Assembly: GCA_964057225.1 (NCBI GenBank)
Contig: OZ059894.1
Coordinates: 15,748,001-15,812,000 of the forward strand
Direction of reading: 5' to 3'
Source: Auanema rhodensis
Lineage: Eukaryota > Animalia > Nematoda
Length of the DNA: 64,000 nucleotides
Shown here: positions 39,601 to 53,900 of the stretch, piece after piece
Layout of the letters: every line of letters begins with the position of its first letter
Numbering within the stretch: position 1 is the first letter of the stretch
Translations under genes and position numbers: made by a program
The notes under the pieces: model-generated
What the model saw: the letters and a program-made list of their open reading frames with translations, nothing else
Told to the model about the DNA's origin: nothing
Database searches by the model: none

Positions 39601-40117
39601 AGATTTTACCATTTGTTTGTTTTGTTTTCAGAATTATCCGGATACACAGTGGAGCAAGACTCCGTTGTGGATATGATTGCGGAAAAACTATATGAGGCCA
39701 GAGTGAGATTAAAGCCTTGGCTTGACCATATCGAGCACCGTGAAGATCATGAATGCGATGTTAGTGTAAACTGAAAGCTCACGTTTATTTTTTTTTCAGG
39801 GAGCGTGCAATTTCTACTATGCGTCAAAAATACTTAGTACATTATGTGAAATCATCGAAAATATTTTGAGAAGAAACCAATCCGCATGGCTGGTTGGTCC
39901 CAGGGTCAGTTTTTTTGAATGCAGATTGCAGAACTTTGAACTTTATTTCCAGATGACATGGGCAGACTTGATGGCAGCCTGTTTGTTTAGTCCAATCATT
40001 TATCATCATCCTCGACTTTTTGATAACTTTCCTAACGTGTACTTATTAACTAAAAAAATAGCAGAGCTTGATGTATTTTCCGGGTTTTTATATAACGTAA
40101 AAGATCGAAAATTGTGA
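36628..40117 (+). CDS. Divergent glutathione S-transferase-like protein with N-terminal extension
   Basis: IRMIFTHANIPY, PFYCLPMLEINGRKL, SICRQLAWRY, WLVGPRMTWADL. The first exon (MGFCKKK, 36628-36723) is inferred across a ~2.4-kb intron. Confidence 0.8.
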
Positions 40118-41264
40118 TATTATATATTTGTAAATTGAATTGAAGTAGTATAATGATAAAGAAATTTTTATTATTATATTTTTATTTTTATTATTATTAA
40201 TCCAGGTGGTGTTTGATAGTTTCCAAACCAAGATTTGCTAGGTCCAATGCTGCTCGCTTTGCGAGTTCATATAGCATATATTCAGTGAAAATATTTGTTA
40301 ATATAATGAAAACTGATTTCAATAAGATTTCTAAATTTATAAGGAAAAATAGTGTTTTTTGACTATTACGAATAATTCATCTTAATGTAATAAAATTTAG
40401 ATTAGGAACATGTTAATTCATTAAAAATATTTTTTAATGATTCTGAGCACAAAGCTCGATCAATAACTAAGTTTTATCTGCAGCATAGCTTCAAACAAGC
40501 AAGCTTCAGCATCTGAATCTTACTGAATATCTATGAAGAGAACTTGGTCGACGTAAAATTTACCCGTTTAAAAGATAGACGTTTAGTGCACTCCTAACAT
40601 TCTATCAAAAAATTATATTTGAAGTTTTAATGAAACTCATGAAATTCATGAAAGAAGACTTCAAGCAGTTTATGAAAATTTCGGAGACTCCAGAAAATAC
40701 TTTTAAACATGATTTTTTGATTGTTATAAATTCTTTCTGAATTTTTGTAGTTTGTGTCAAAAGATATGAGAGTTTCTAAAAGTTGTCCGAAGATTTTTGC
40801 ACATGACTGTATTGTAGATTGCATAACATTAAAAATAAAAGGATCTAACTCAAAATTTTAGGCAAGTCAAGAGTGATATTTCTTCTTTCACTCAACTTGA
40901 TATCTAGTTAGAGCAAGTTCTAAAGCATAAAAAAATTAAGTTTAAAGTATGCTGTACGCTCAAAATTGAAATTTTTTTTTTAATTCGCCATTTTTTTTTA
41001 TTATTTTATCTTAATTTTGATTTTTTTCTTTTTTTAGATCATATTTTTTATACGTAATTTACAAACCGTCACGCCGTCCTGAATGTGTTAAATTTTTTAA
41101 AATTAGAACTATATCCGCAATTTTAAAATACGCAATTATCCGGCTTATTTCTGTTTTTCGATCGTAATCGTTAGGGAAATATATCCGTTAAAAAACAAAT
41201 AAAATATCGCCAAATTGCTTCAAATTTTCGAAGAAGATTGACAATTATTCATTTTCCTCTGCAG

Positions 41265-44200
41265 GATGAGTTAGGCAATATATTAATTTCACAGTGTAAA
41301 CTCGATTTAGGTAACACTTTTGAAAATGAGCCAGTGTTCATCGCTACTGTTATACTTGAACAAGAAAAGACTGATTTATCAGAGAGAAAAAATGTTTCTT
41401 GTGCTTTTATGAACATTTTGAATTTCTTGATAGATCCCGTATCTCGTAAATCTTATGGTTTGTTTGCTTGTTTGTCACGAAGAAAGAACAAATTTTAGGA
41501 GTGGAAGTAAGCTCATGTGAGGATTTCATGAAATACATCAATGATAAGCTAGGCATTAGTGAGGAAAATCTCGACTTGAGTGGTCTCGACAAAGAAACTG
41601 TTGAAATATTTCTTAACGTTTGAGATGAGAACACATTAAATTTCATCTTGGAGTTATTTATAGGAGTTTAATGTTTTGTGCAGAAAGCTCTTTGTACTAT
41701 TATGTGCTTCAAATGGTTACTTAGCCGACGCATTTATTGACTTCAACAATAGTATCGATATTCTGGGATACAAAGTAGGCCGTATAGTCGAAAACTAGTG
41801 TTAAATATCTATTTAAGAAAGTTGATGCTTGTAAAGAATTAAAGATTCTCTTCCATACACTTCAATACCTTCAGAAAAAATCTTTTCCTTATCAGAATTC
41901 AATTCTTTGGGAAGAAATTCTAAATATACAAAAGTATATAGTTTTTTTAGAGGAACAAAATTCACCAAAATTGGATGAAGTTAATATTGTGATTTTTTTA
42001 TTTCACATATTGAAAGTTTTTCAGATCGGAATAGTTTCTGTGTTAAAAGATGCTCATGCTCGAATTGAGTTCAAATTACCTGTGTCGACTGAAGAAATCA
42101 TAACGTTGGTTCAAAATTCATGTGCTTCAGATTTTGGGGTTGTACAATTCCTGATCAATGAACGTATTCACCTTTTACTTCATCGACCTTTTGCTGAGAT
42201 GTCAGTTTTCCTTTACTTGAACTAACTTATTATCAAGTTCAGCATTATCACTAATTTGAGAACTGTATCGAGTAGTAGTGATTTAAGAAGACTGAAATGT
42301 TTTTACAAAGTTGGCTGACTTTCGAATGTTGTCTGCGATCATTAATATATTCTTCAGGGTTCTCTGCAAATTCTCTCCAACTTAGGAGATGATGATTTGG
42401 AATGGTTATCACAAAAATATGCAAATAATATTGATATTTATTTACCTCGATGGCTTTATTTCATATCTGAGTGTGAAGTTGTAAGTTGAATTATGCTGAT
42501 GTCTTTATCTCACTCCAACTTAGCTGGAAGGCGAACCTGCACAGTCTCATGAAGCCGTGATTAAGAAAGTGTTTGACTGTAGTTCCTCATCAGAAGTGTG
42601 TGTTATACAATTGCGATTCATAATTTGTTCTGTAGATGCTCAGTCATTTGTACCTCTGGTCTTTCATAGCGCCGTTTGTCTCAACGTCTTCAACAGAATG
42701 TCTTTTCAAACGGTTTGCTCGAGTGCTCATTCATAATTTTGATACAAAACAGAAAAAGAAGTTCATACAGGTATGGTATCATGAACTACTATTCGTAATT
42801 TCGAATTTCAGCTTTTCAAAAGTCTCTCTCCCACACTTCGTTCTATATATTTCGCTGAAAATGATGCTAATTGGGAAACCTCTTTGTATTCAATACCTTA
42901 TTATTATACCAAAGAAATGATCCCAGATGATATTCGAAAACGGGGATGTGCTGCTATTGATCGTATAACTATATTTTTAAATTAAAACAAATATATATTT
43001 TAAGTTTTATTGGAAGTTCTATCACCATGGAAAATGCTCAATATTCTTCTGACGTTAATGGAGACAGATGTGTTACTAAAGAGCAAAATAGCAGTTTGCA
43101 TCGTTCACCTGATGAGCCATCCTAAATTGTTTGATGAAGTCAATAATATATCTGGTAATTTGTTAGTTCTTTCATATAAGTATTCACCTTTCACAGATTT
43201 CGAGATAATCTTTGAACGAAATGAATTGTTGAAAAGATTGTTTTATTTAGCTGTTAAAAACTATGAAGAGCCAATAGGCTTGAAACCGGCACCATCACGT
43301 TTTAAATTCATAAGTTCGAATTTTGATTTAATAAGTTTGATAATTATGTTTCCTAGATTCTACTATAACCTTTTTGAAAAAACTTTTTGAAGAAAACTTT
43401 TTGGATGGTGATAAGGAGATGGTGAAAGAAATTATTCAGGTACTCTTAAGTGCTGTTTTAATCTGTATGTCGCGAATTTAAGGAAAAAAACTTCAAATGG
43501 TATCAATATGCCATCATGGTTCATGGCTTTTTCAGAAAAATCAAGTGTTCTTTAGAGCCTGTTCAGGTTATTTTCATTCATTTATAAGCAAATATTCATT
43601 TTCCAGTTTGATAGTAAAAATATTGCCACATTTTCTGATCTTGTTGAATCCCAGTTCTCATTGCCGCTCACTGCTTGGCAAGGAGAAGTTGTGAAAGAAG
43701 CTTTCTCAGATTTTTTCGAAAGTAAAAATGAAACGAGCCTAAGTTTTCATAAATGCTGTTTGATTCAGAACACTTGAGCAACGTATGCCCTGTAATAATT
43801 GCATGTGCACTTTTACAACAAGTACATGTTTCGAAAACTATTTCACCGGTAGTATCGATTATATTGTTTTTATTTACAACGAATTCAGGACTTGACTGAA
43901 TATATTCACAATTTCGTGGAAAAACTATGCTTCTTAAAGGAAGACTTTGAAACAGAGTGTATTGAAGAAATTCTAAATGAGACTATAAATACAATTTGTG
44001 ATTTAGAATTGGAAGATGAACAACCGGTAAAATTGGTTTTTCTATCAAAAGTTTTTTTTTTATTTCAGACAGAGCTTGTACCTGAAATTCCGGAAGTAAA
44101 TTGTTTGCTTTATTACATCTGAGTAACATTTTTTGTAGGAGTTGCAATTTTTAAAATATTTGCTTGATGATAGTTATCCCCAAAGGATTAGAGATATTGG

Positions 44201-45090
44201 TTGCATTTGACATTGTTAAGTGTTTTATATCTTAGTTTTTAAGTGATTTCACATGCCAGGAATAATACCACTTATAAAGCCTATTTGAAAGCTCCCAAAA
44301 AGTTGATTGAAGAGCTACCTATTCTTCCTTTCTTTGACGCAGTTACTGATATTTCTTCGCTCCCTGCTGATGCTGAAACCCCTCTTTCTCCAAAGTCTTC
44401 TGCACTTTCTACACATTCAATGGCTTTCGCACCTTCTGCAATCCATGAAGAACCAGTCACAGCTGAATGTTTCGAAACCAGGTACTTTGAACAGTTAGGC
44501 ACGAATCAAGAGAAAACCTGCGAAGTAGATACAAATAAAGAAAATGAACATAATCTTGGTAGTTATAAAAGTCATTTGCTTCAATTTACATAAGTGTTTC
44601 AGATGTTGTAGATTTTCAATTGAATAAGCCTTTTTCTACAAATTCACCAAATTACAATATGTTTACGAATTCTCAACAAGAGCAAAGTATTCATAAACAT
44701 GATATATGTATACCCCTCGATAGAGATGAAAGAGTTGTTTTTTAATATATATATATATATGTATATATATTCTTTTTTTAGCGTAAATTTTCCGCAATGA
44801 TGATCGGTGCAAAAGGAAGAAATATTCAGAAGTTAAGAAATGAATGTAACGCTAAAATTGTGGTCACGGTAGATATAGTTATCCAACCAAATATTTAACA
44901 AATCTCATTTCAGGACTCAGAATTTGGAGTTTTAGTCAGCTTTGAGCATGATGAACACCCACAGTTACTACAAGCCGGGAATGTATTAAAAAATGAAGTT
45001 GCTTCTATATTAAAAAAGATAAGAAGTCGTGATTATAAAGAAAACGATAGAAAAAGAAATTTAAAAAAAAAATCCAGCGCTCTTGAGTAA
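41265..45090 (+). CDS. Large multi-exon, mostly helical protein with a C-terminal KH domain; 5' end unresolved
   Basis: Long run of short exons with canonical splice sites. KH signature AMMIGAKGRNIQKLRNECNAKI at ~44775-44865. Stop at 45088-45090. Confidence 0.65.
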
Positions 45091-45571
45091 GAATTTGTGA
45101 CATAAATAATAAACATATACACATATACAGAGATAGATAAATTTGTTTTTTTTATTAGTTTAGTGTTGTGAATGTGAAATAATAATCATAGTTTAATCAG
45201 CATTATTCAAATCGTTCAGATCATTTCTAAGGGTAGCTAAACACTAAATGGTTGCTCATGTTTTCTCATATTTAGCCCAACTGTATTCACGATTTTCAAT
45301 TAGCTCAACACTATTACATAGATGTATACATTTATAGCGGTTCATATTTAAATTGAACAGCCGATGAAAAAAAGTTTTCATAAAGTTTGAGTTTGTCTGC
45401 TGCATGGTTTTTAGCAGGATGTAAGAACAAACTAACGTCCTAGAGCTTTGCTTTGCACAAGTTATTGCTGCGTTTTATGAAGTGTTATAAATATATTTTT
45501 ATTACTAATGTTTTTCATAGTGTTTAAGAATATGTTCAAACTTTCATATTTCAGAATAGAAAATATTGTGC

Positions 45572-47661
45572 ATGATAAAACTGTGTTCAATAGTACGTGG
45601 AAAAACCTGGTATACAAAAGTTATCGTTCATTTTAGATTTCATTTTTTTTCAGCATTCGAGTAACCCAGCAATTGAATTATATTCATTCGTCTCGTCTTA
45701 TATCAGAAATGTGTTCTAATGATGATAGAAAAGGCAATGAGGTTTATTGAATAAATTAAATAGTTAATTTTTAGAAAAACAATTATCCATACCTGAGTTA
45801 GTTCGTGGAATGGTTGAACTTGAAACTACCAAATTCATGTGCGGTTTACTGTGTATAATTCAATTTCTTAGTTCATTTCAGGAAACTTATCAATTTCCCA
45901 GTTATTGAAATAGATGCTAAGGATGTAAATGCTATTCGTGGCAAAGTACGCCTTGAAGCATATCTTCTGAAAAACCTAGGTAATATTAAGGTATAACTAT
46001 ATTTTAAACATGAAAGAATGCATGGTTTCAGAATTTAATGAACTCAATCAACGACAAAAATAAACGGCTCTTGGTATTCGATCCGGACACAGTTTCGGAT
46101 GATAATGACAATGTAAGGCAAGAAATTTTATCTAAGATTAGTGATGTTTTGCCAGGTAATATCAAGTTGGGAGTGAGTGTGTAAATCTTGTACTTAAGAT
46201 AAATCCTACAATTGGTCAAAGCACTCATTAGATATAACTTTTGATGATTGGGATATGAGACGTATTATACGAGCAGTATTACCAATGAATCTAGATTTCA
46301 GGTTTGATTTACAAATTTTTAAAATTACTGTTAAGCAGTTTTCAGCAGTTTCACACAAACAGGTCATATTATTCATTGTAATTTCCGTGATGATATGCAA
46401 CCATATAAGAAAATAATTGGTCAGATATTACTAAGAAAAGTGAACAAGTGCAGGTTGATTTTCATTTTCTACAAATTATATAGCTATGATATTTTCAGAA
46501 CAGTTGTTAATAAAATTGATGGTATCACCAGTGAATTCCGTAACTTTGAAATTGAGTTGGTGGCTGGGGAACCAGAATACGTTGCTGAAGTTTTGGAAGG
46601 CGGAATGCGCTATAAATTGGATTTTAGTAAAGTTTGTCCTTGTATTGTTTCTGCATTTTAATAAAAGATTTAGGTCTTCTGGAATTCTCGTTTAAGCTTT
46701 GAACATGAACGAGTTATGCAGTTTTTTAATTCTCGTTCATTAAGTCAGTTTTATAAATTATATTTCAGCATTTAAATGATCGAATATGTATTTAGTATTT
46801 GACGCATGTGCTGGTGTTGGGCCATTTGTTATTCCTGTTGTTAAAAAAGTTCATGCCCGTAAAGTTGTTGCTAACGATTTGAATCCTGAGAGCGTGAGAT
46901 GGCTGAAGGAAAATCTCAAGTTGAATAAGGTATTTTATTATATAATTTAGAGTTTGCTGAATTATTCTTCATTTAGATTATTAGTTCAGAAATTGATGTT
47001 CATAATATGGACGCTGTTGATTTTATTAAAGGACCCTTTTCTGATGATTTGGTGAAAGTAAGTTGTGCTTATATCCTTACTTTCTATTCAAATGTTCAAG
47101 GCTATAAAAATCAAGAAATCCGATCCCGAATTAGCTCCAACATCGGGAGCTCATATTTTGATGAATCTTCCTGCGTATGCTATCAATTTTCTTCCTGCAT
47201 TTAAGTATGAGATTGATTATATTTATCAGCTTGATTCTAATCTTACAGGGGAATTCTTCATAATAAGTTAAAAGATGATGATGTTCCAGAAGATATGTTC
47301 CCAATTATCATATATTGCTATTTGTTCGTTAAGGTGAGATTATATATATTTTATATTTTATAGTTATTGTTTTTTTAGGCTCATGAAGAAGTACCAGATG
47401 AATATTTTTCAACGAAAGCTAAGGAATACGTATTAGAGAAGCTAGATTGTCCTGATGCTGATATTAAGTTGATTCATCATGTAAACCTCTTCTTGCTCAT
47501 TGTTGTCTTAATGCAATTTTTCATTTTAGATTCGTACGGTGTCATCTCGTAAAGAAATGTTCTGTGTTCAAGTTCAAGTTCCTCTGAAGTTTTTAAGAGA
47601 AAGTAATTGCTCTGATAGCGAACCAGAAGCAAAGAAGTTAAAGCTAGATAATACGTGTTAG
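45572..47661 (+). CDS. TRMT5: tRNA (guanine37-N1)-methyltransferase TRM5
   Basis: [63 protein letters not shown] and MNLP. Confidence 0.95.
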
Positions 47662-47895
47662 AATCACATTATTATTGATTGTTGATTGTTATTGTTGGTA
47701 ATAAATATTGAAATATTCTCAAATTTGAAATAGACCCCTGAGGTTTTTGCTTGAGACTATCTTTTTGTTCGTAGTATGTTAATGTGAACTTGAGAATCAT
47801 ATTTTAGAAGTCATGATTTTTTTGCGACCTCTAGGGTCTTATAGTTTATTAGGTTATAATAACTCCAAGGTATTTTGAAATAGTTGAAATTAAAC

Positions 47896-48923
47896 ATGAA
47901 AAGACAAACCCCTTTTAAGCAACTTGGTCTTTTATCACTACGGAGTGCAGCTTCCCTTCCGTCACTCAAAATTTATAGTTTAAGAAGGCGCTTAGCAGAA
48001 AAATTATCAAATAAGTATGTTAGTTGTCCGATATCGTTCATGACTGCTTTATATTCTAGATATGACGCTGATAGAGTTCAACAGATTGGTCCAGATTTAG
48101 CGTGTTTAGAATGGTTAATGAATTGCGGTTCAACAAAGGTTCAAACCTGGTGAACGTCAGTTTTATCAGTTGTTTTAGGTGGTAATGAGTGATCGAGAGG
48201 AAGTATGCAGCATCAAACAAATGAAAGAATATTTATCTTATGCTTTGAATAACAAACAGCCAAATGTAATTATTTATAATTAATTTTGCATATTTTCCAT
48301 TCAAGAATTGAGAGGAATTAGTTGTTTTTCAGAAGATTATTCCTTCATCATTGCCAAATGATACAGCTTATATGAATAAATGGAAACATATTTCACCACT
48401 TCATATAGTTAATGTGAGCCGTTACTGAAATTAATTTTTTTTTTTTATAATTTTAGGTCGACGCTAGTGATTCCGCTATAGCTAATGAGGGTTTTCAATA
48501 TTTCCGGGATCTTAGGAAGTTGAATACCCTAAAATTAAATTTTTGCGATTACTTCGGTGATGAAGCTCTACGAGAATTGGCATTAAGTCGCCCAGCTCTC
48601 ACATTAACGGATATAGTAAGCTAACCTTTCGAACCGTTTGAGTTGTTTATTATATCTTTGTAAGGAAATCGTTTTGAATCCATGTGTAACAGATGGAGCA
48701 GTGTATTGGCTAAGTAGATTGAAAGCTCTGAAAAGGGCTCACTTTTATTTCTTACCCTACATCTCTAATCGGCAAGCATTCGTCAGACAACTTAAGACTT
48801 CAATTCCTAAATGCAAAGTTTGTTTTTTCCTCAAAACTAGTTTTGTAACTTATGTTTGTTTCGTCTCAGATAACCTTCCCGGAAGTTGGAACAATAGGAT
48901 ATGGTTATTCAGATAAAAAGTAA
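47896..48923 (+). CDS. Mitochondrial ATP synthase subunit s / factor B-like LRR protein (ATP5S/DMAC2L family)
   Basis: DRVQQIGPDLACLEWLMNCG, VDASDSAIANEGFQYF, LKLNFCDYFGDEAL, plus a basic presequence-like N-terminus. Confidence 0.85.
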
Positions 48924-50816
48924 CTTATTTGCTTGTATATAAATGTTTTAGGTTTTAATTGTTTTCTTTTTTCTTATAAAATAGTACCACTAAAAATATT
49001 AAGAATATTTAATTTTATTCAACACATTTGCAAGTACTTGCTACACTACATATTAATAATTCCTTTTCCTTCATCGGATACTTACAAATACCTAATTGAA
49101 AAACGTTTTTTGTTGCCAGAAAAAAATGCGAAAAAACCACATTATTCTGGCGTTTTGACGACTCATTCGAAAAACTCGTTTTAAATTACGGTTTTTATTT
49201 TACTTATTTTTCTTATATGTTTATCTTTTTCTAAATGCTAAACGAAAATCTCTATTACTATGTGTAATACTATTCTTTATATATGAGCTTTCATAAAGTC
49301 ATGTACTTTTATTACAAGAGTATTCAATTAATTTTGATACTTCAAAGTTTTATTTAGGCAATTACATACATCATGATCATTTTGTTTGTTATGCTCTCAT
49401 GCTCTCATTTAACTTCCCGTACTCTATTAAAATCTACTCAACAATAACAAAAAACACAAAAGAATAATAATACTAATGATTAGGTGAAAAGTAAAAATTA
49501 TCTTTCTGTTTTCTTTTTCGATCCATATTTCTAAGAAGACACTGTTTTTTCGATTATATGCTTCGTGTCCTATCAGCTTCTGCTTGAATCACATGGTCAA
49601 GAATCATCCATTATCCTCTGTCTTTAATATTCTTCTGACAACGTACTCAAGGGATATGAGAAACTTGCCTCCAAATGCTGCTTCAAAAGTAGTACTACTG
49701 TTGGACAGAACTTTACGATTTTTCTCTATTTCAATCAAACTACAAATCACATGGAAGATCTACAGTAATTAATGTATTCAAAAACAATATATGGAAGAGA
49801 CAGAACCAAAGTCATGTTAGGTCATCAAGAGCTTTTTTCTTTTAAAAAAATTGACTGATATATTCGTCTTCTTCTCAATCATATGCTCATTTTGAAGTTG
49901 TCATGCTTGTTAGTCGTTTTCTCCAGGATTTTCATATCTCTCTTTTTTCCTTTCTTTCATGTTCTCTTTCATTTCACTCTCTCTTTTTTCTTTTTTATTT
50001 CTTCAAAAGTTTGTGTCTGCAAATCTCTCGTGTTTCATTGTTCTTTGTATTGTCCTAATTAAAGAGCATCCACTTTTCCATATTCTTGAAACTTTTTTTC
50101 ACATATTTTGAACGTAATATTCATGTGAAAATATCCAGCTTGCAATTTCAATCAGTTCCTGATCAGCTTTGTAACAAACAATATGCATAGATTTTGAGTT
50201 TTTTTCAGTTTGAAAAAATGCTTTATAGTTCGTCGATTTTGTCTCTTTGACTTGTTATCGACTGACAACAACAAGCTTGTATTCTATGTTTTCTATACAT
50301 TTTAAATATTGTTTAACGAGAGTAATATAAATGAGAGAAATAATCCTAAGATACAACCGCTTAATCGATGATCAAAAATTAAAATGAATGTCCTTTCCAC
50401 TTACTCTTCACGCAATGTACGTGGAAGAAGCGTTGAAGAGGATTAAGGTTGATCAGGCTCTTTGAAATGCTTGCAGCTTCAGACATTCCCATACTTGAGC
50501 ATAGAAAGGTTAAATAAAATATATAAGGAAAAAAGTTTTTGGTTTCGTAGAACCCAAAAGATAAATGTATTTTACTTGACGATCGCTATAATGCTTATAT
50601 TCAGAGTAAATTATTATTTAATTTTAAATTATTCCATTGTTTCATCTATTTTACTGACCTTAATTTCGAAACACATTAGTTTCCACTACATTAACAATGA
50701 AAGTTTGAGCTATTCGTTGGACTATCCGCAATATTCGAAATGAAATTATTCGAACTTTTTGTCTAACAATGAATTCAGAAGTTGTTTTCTGTTCATATGA
50801 ATATCATATACTACAA

Positions 50817-50818
<2 letters not shown>

Positions 50819-50895
<77 letters not shown>
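50819..50895. repeat. (AT)n microsatellite
   Basis: Uninterrupted AT dinucleotide run. Confidence 0.97.
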
Positions 50896-50900
<5 letters not shown>

Positions 50901-53900
50901 AATATACGTATGTATATCATCAGACTATAGATTATGTTCTTATTGTTTTTCATTCTTGCTTAATATATAAGTTATTATGAAGTTTAATATTCATAACAAC
51001 ATAAACATAAAAATATTCCCCATATTCATCTACAGTCCTTTATATTTGTTTTCTATTTCTTTAATTTGCTGGATATTAGATATAATTTTCTTTTATTGGC
51101 TTCAAGCTCACCAAGTTTTCTCCTATCCTTATTCCACATATACTCAATATAATCGGACAGTGGAACAATCTTCTCCATTCCATATATCTTTCGATTGTCC
51201 TAGCTTTTTCGGTTTCTTTTTCTCTCTCTCACTTCCGTTATCTTTTTTCAGTTTTCTCTTTACGCAATCCTTTGGTGTCACCCACTTTTCCTCTCCGTTT
51301 TTTGCTCGTTCCTCTCTTTTAGCAAAATTTTTTCCATCTCCATTTGTCGTTCGAGTTTCATGGTCTCAGTATATATTAAGTGAGTCATGATAGCTTTTCA
51401 CAAGACATCAGCCAGTTTAAAAAAATCATCTATGCACAAACCCTCATCTGCATCCATTATAGAATTCTAAGATCTAGGTTTCCATACAGGCATTCGTGTA
51501 TCATAGCAATACTCTATAACAACATCAATTTTCTTACATAAAAAATGATGCTCAACAACGAGATTTACATGGGATAGCTGAAATCGTCAGTTTAAGCTTA
51601 TATGTAAATTTTCGTTCTGATTCATGGATATGCAATGAGATAGATTCGAATTGTGTGAGAATTTATAACAAACTGAATTCAATAACATATACACCAAGTT
51701 TGATTCAATATCATTTCTGTCTGCTTCCGCTGTTGCCTCAGAAGTAATAAAGCCATTTAGACATGAATCAGTACCACTTTGATGTTTTTTCCTTATTCAC
51801 TTGCAGCTGTAGGAGTAACAGTAGTTGTAACATTCTCAAACTGACAATTTGACCTTTTCTATTCTTTATATTTCCTGTATATGAATCTCAAATCAGTTTG
51901 TTTTTCCTCATCTCCACACACGTGCAAGCAGTTCCGACTGAACAAAAGGTTACTCATGTTCCATCTACCATTCGAAAGTTTGAATAGATGTTTCTCTTCT
52001 TCTTGTATCTTTCATTTTTCTTTTTCTTTCGTTTCCTATTTCAAAATTATTGTTCTTTGATTAACTTTTGTCGTCTTCACTAATTGTTAGGCTAAAGTTC
52101 AGCTATTAACTCTCGTCTTGTGATACGTTGTTTCCAAAAACTGTCTTCATCTATATTCAGTTGGTACTTAATTTTGTTTTTCTCTCTCCTTTTCTCTCTA
52201 TTTCGCTCTTTTCGTTTTCTTTGTACTCTCAAATTTTCTAAGCACCCTCCAGCTCATCTATTCTCCTCACTTGTGCATGCAGCATATCTTTCTCGACCTC
52301 CTTCCACTCATATGCTCTATCTATTCATAACCAGCAATTAATATGGATCTTTTTTCATTTAGTGAGTGTTTTTCTTTTAATTAAAATTTAATTAGCTCAA
52401 GAAGTTTGTGTCATTTGATTATATAACCTCTTACTATCGTGGCTAAGTCATGTAGAAAGAATACAAAATTAGCAGTACGTTCATCATTATCGCTCATTCA
52501 GTCATCCGCTCCCATAGCTCAGTCTCGATGTGCAACCTCAATTTACAAAATGTTAACACTTTAACAATTTCCTTATCAAATTAGTCATTTTATAAGCTCA
52601 TTTTCAGAGCATCGTGCACAACAAATCTTCTCAAGAATATTAATAAATTGATTTAAATTCAATTTTCAAAGCTACAGCCTCCAGACATTCATTGTTTTAT
52701 TCCATTTTGTGAAAAACAGTTCAAAATCCGTTTGGTTTGTGCAAAAATTCATTGGTAAAAGCATCAATTTTCATTGGTTTTCATTTTTTTCTTTGATTCT
52801 CGTCCAAGTATGTATAGCCTGAACTAAAAGAAGACATCAAAAAAAAAGGAAATTCGAATGAGAGGCCATATATTTTGCGCAAGGAATCATATTGCATGCC
52901 GTCTGATTATATATTGGATTTAATTATAAAAATAAATGTAAAATATTGGTCCATTCTACTTAATTTGGATCTTTCTTTTTGACGTGGAGCATTTAGTTGT
53001 TTCACATACATTACATACATACATAGATATATGTATATATGTATATGTACGTGTATATTACTTCATTTCCTTCACTTTTTCTTCCTATTCTAACCATAGT
53101 TTTTTTTCTTTTTTTTGTTCGATATATTATTGATGTCCTTGTTTATAAGATCAAACCATTTTTAAAAGGTCGTAGAATGCTAAGAAGATGACGATTATAC
53201 CCTTTGGCTATAATGATATACAGGGGTTTATGTATTAAATTGAAGCTCTAGAAAAAAAGACTCTCAAATTATTTTTCTTTTATTTTTCATTATTCTTTTA
53301 CCCTTTTTTGATTTTTTCATATATTTTGTATTCAGAAAAAAAAACTTCATTAAGTTGTTATTCTCCAAATAAAAACCAATAGCTAATAATAATGGGTACA
53401 TATAGTTTTCAATCGGTTCTTTATTATATTAAAGATTATTATAACAAAACTATTAATTCAATAAAAATTTTACATTATGAATTATAATTTATTATAAATT
53501 ATATTTACAACATCCTTATGATTCATTTTTATTATTAAATAGTGTTAAAACGTTTCCATTTATACTGAATTAAAAAATATATTTTCAGCCTTTTTAGCTG
53601 GAGGCAAAGATATATAAAACAAATTATGAGCAACATGTATTAAATCAAAAAAAAATTGAATAAAATTATAATTTTCAAAAAAAAATAATAGCTAGAAATC
53701 TTCCTGTAGAAACAGAATAATAGAATTTATATTAATTTTTTGGATTCTTGAATTCTTGACATTTGAATGAGATGTACTTAATATTATTTTCATATTATAA
53801 GCTTTTTAATTTGAATTATAATCTCCTGAAAGTTTTCTAATACAATCGATAGTCAATAGAAAGTTTTCAACTTATGTTGTTGGCTTAATTACTCCTTTAG

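Noticed and set aside
45572-47661. Functional link between TRM5 and the tRNA array
   Set aside because: The array tRNA has A37, not G37, and the gene is ~29 kb away among unrelated housekeeping genes.
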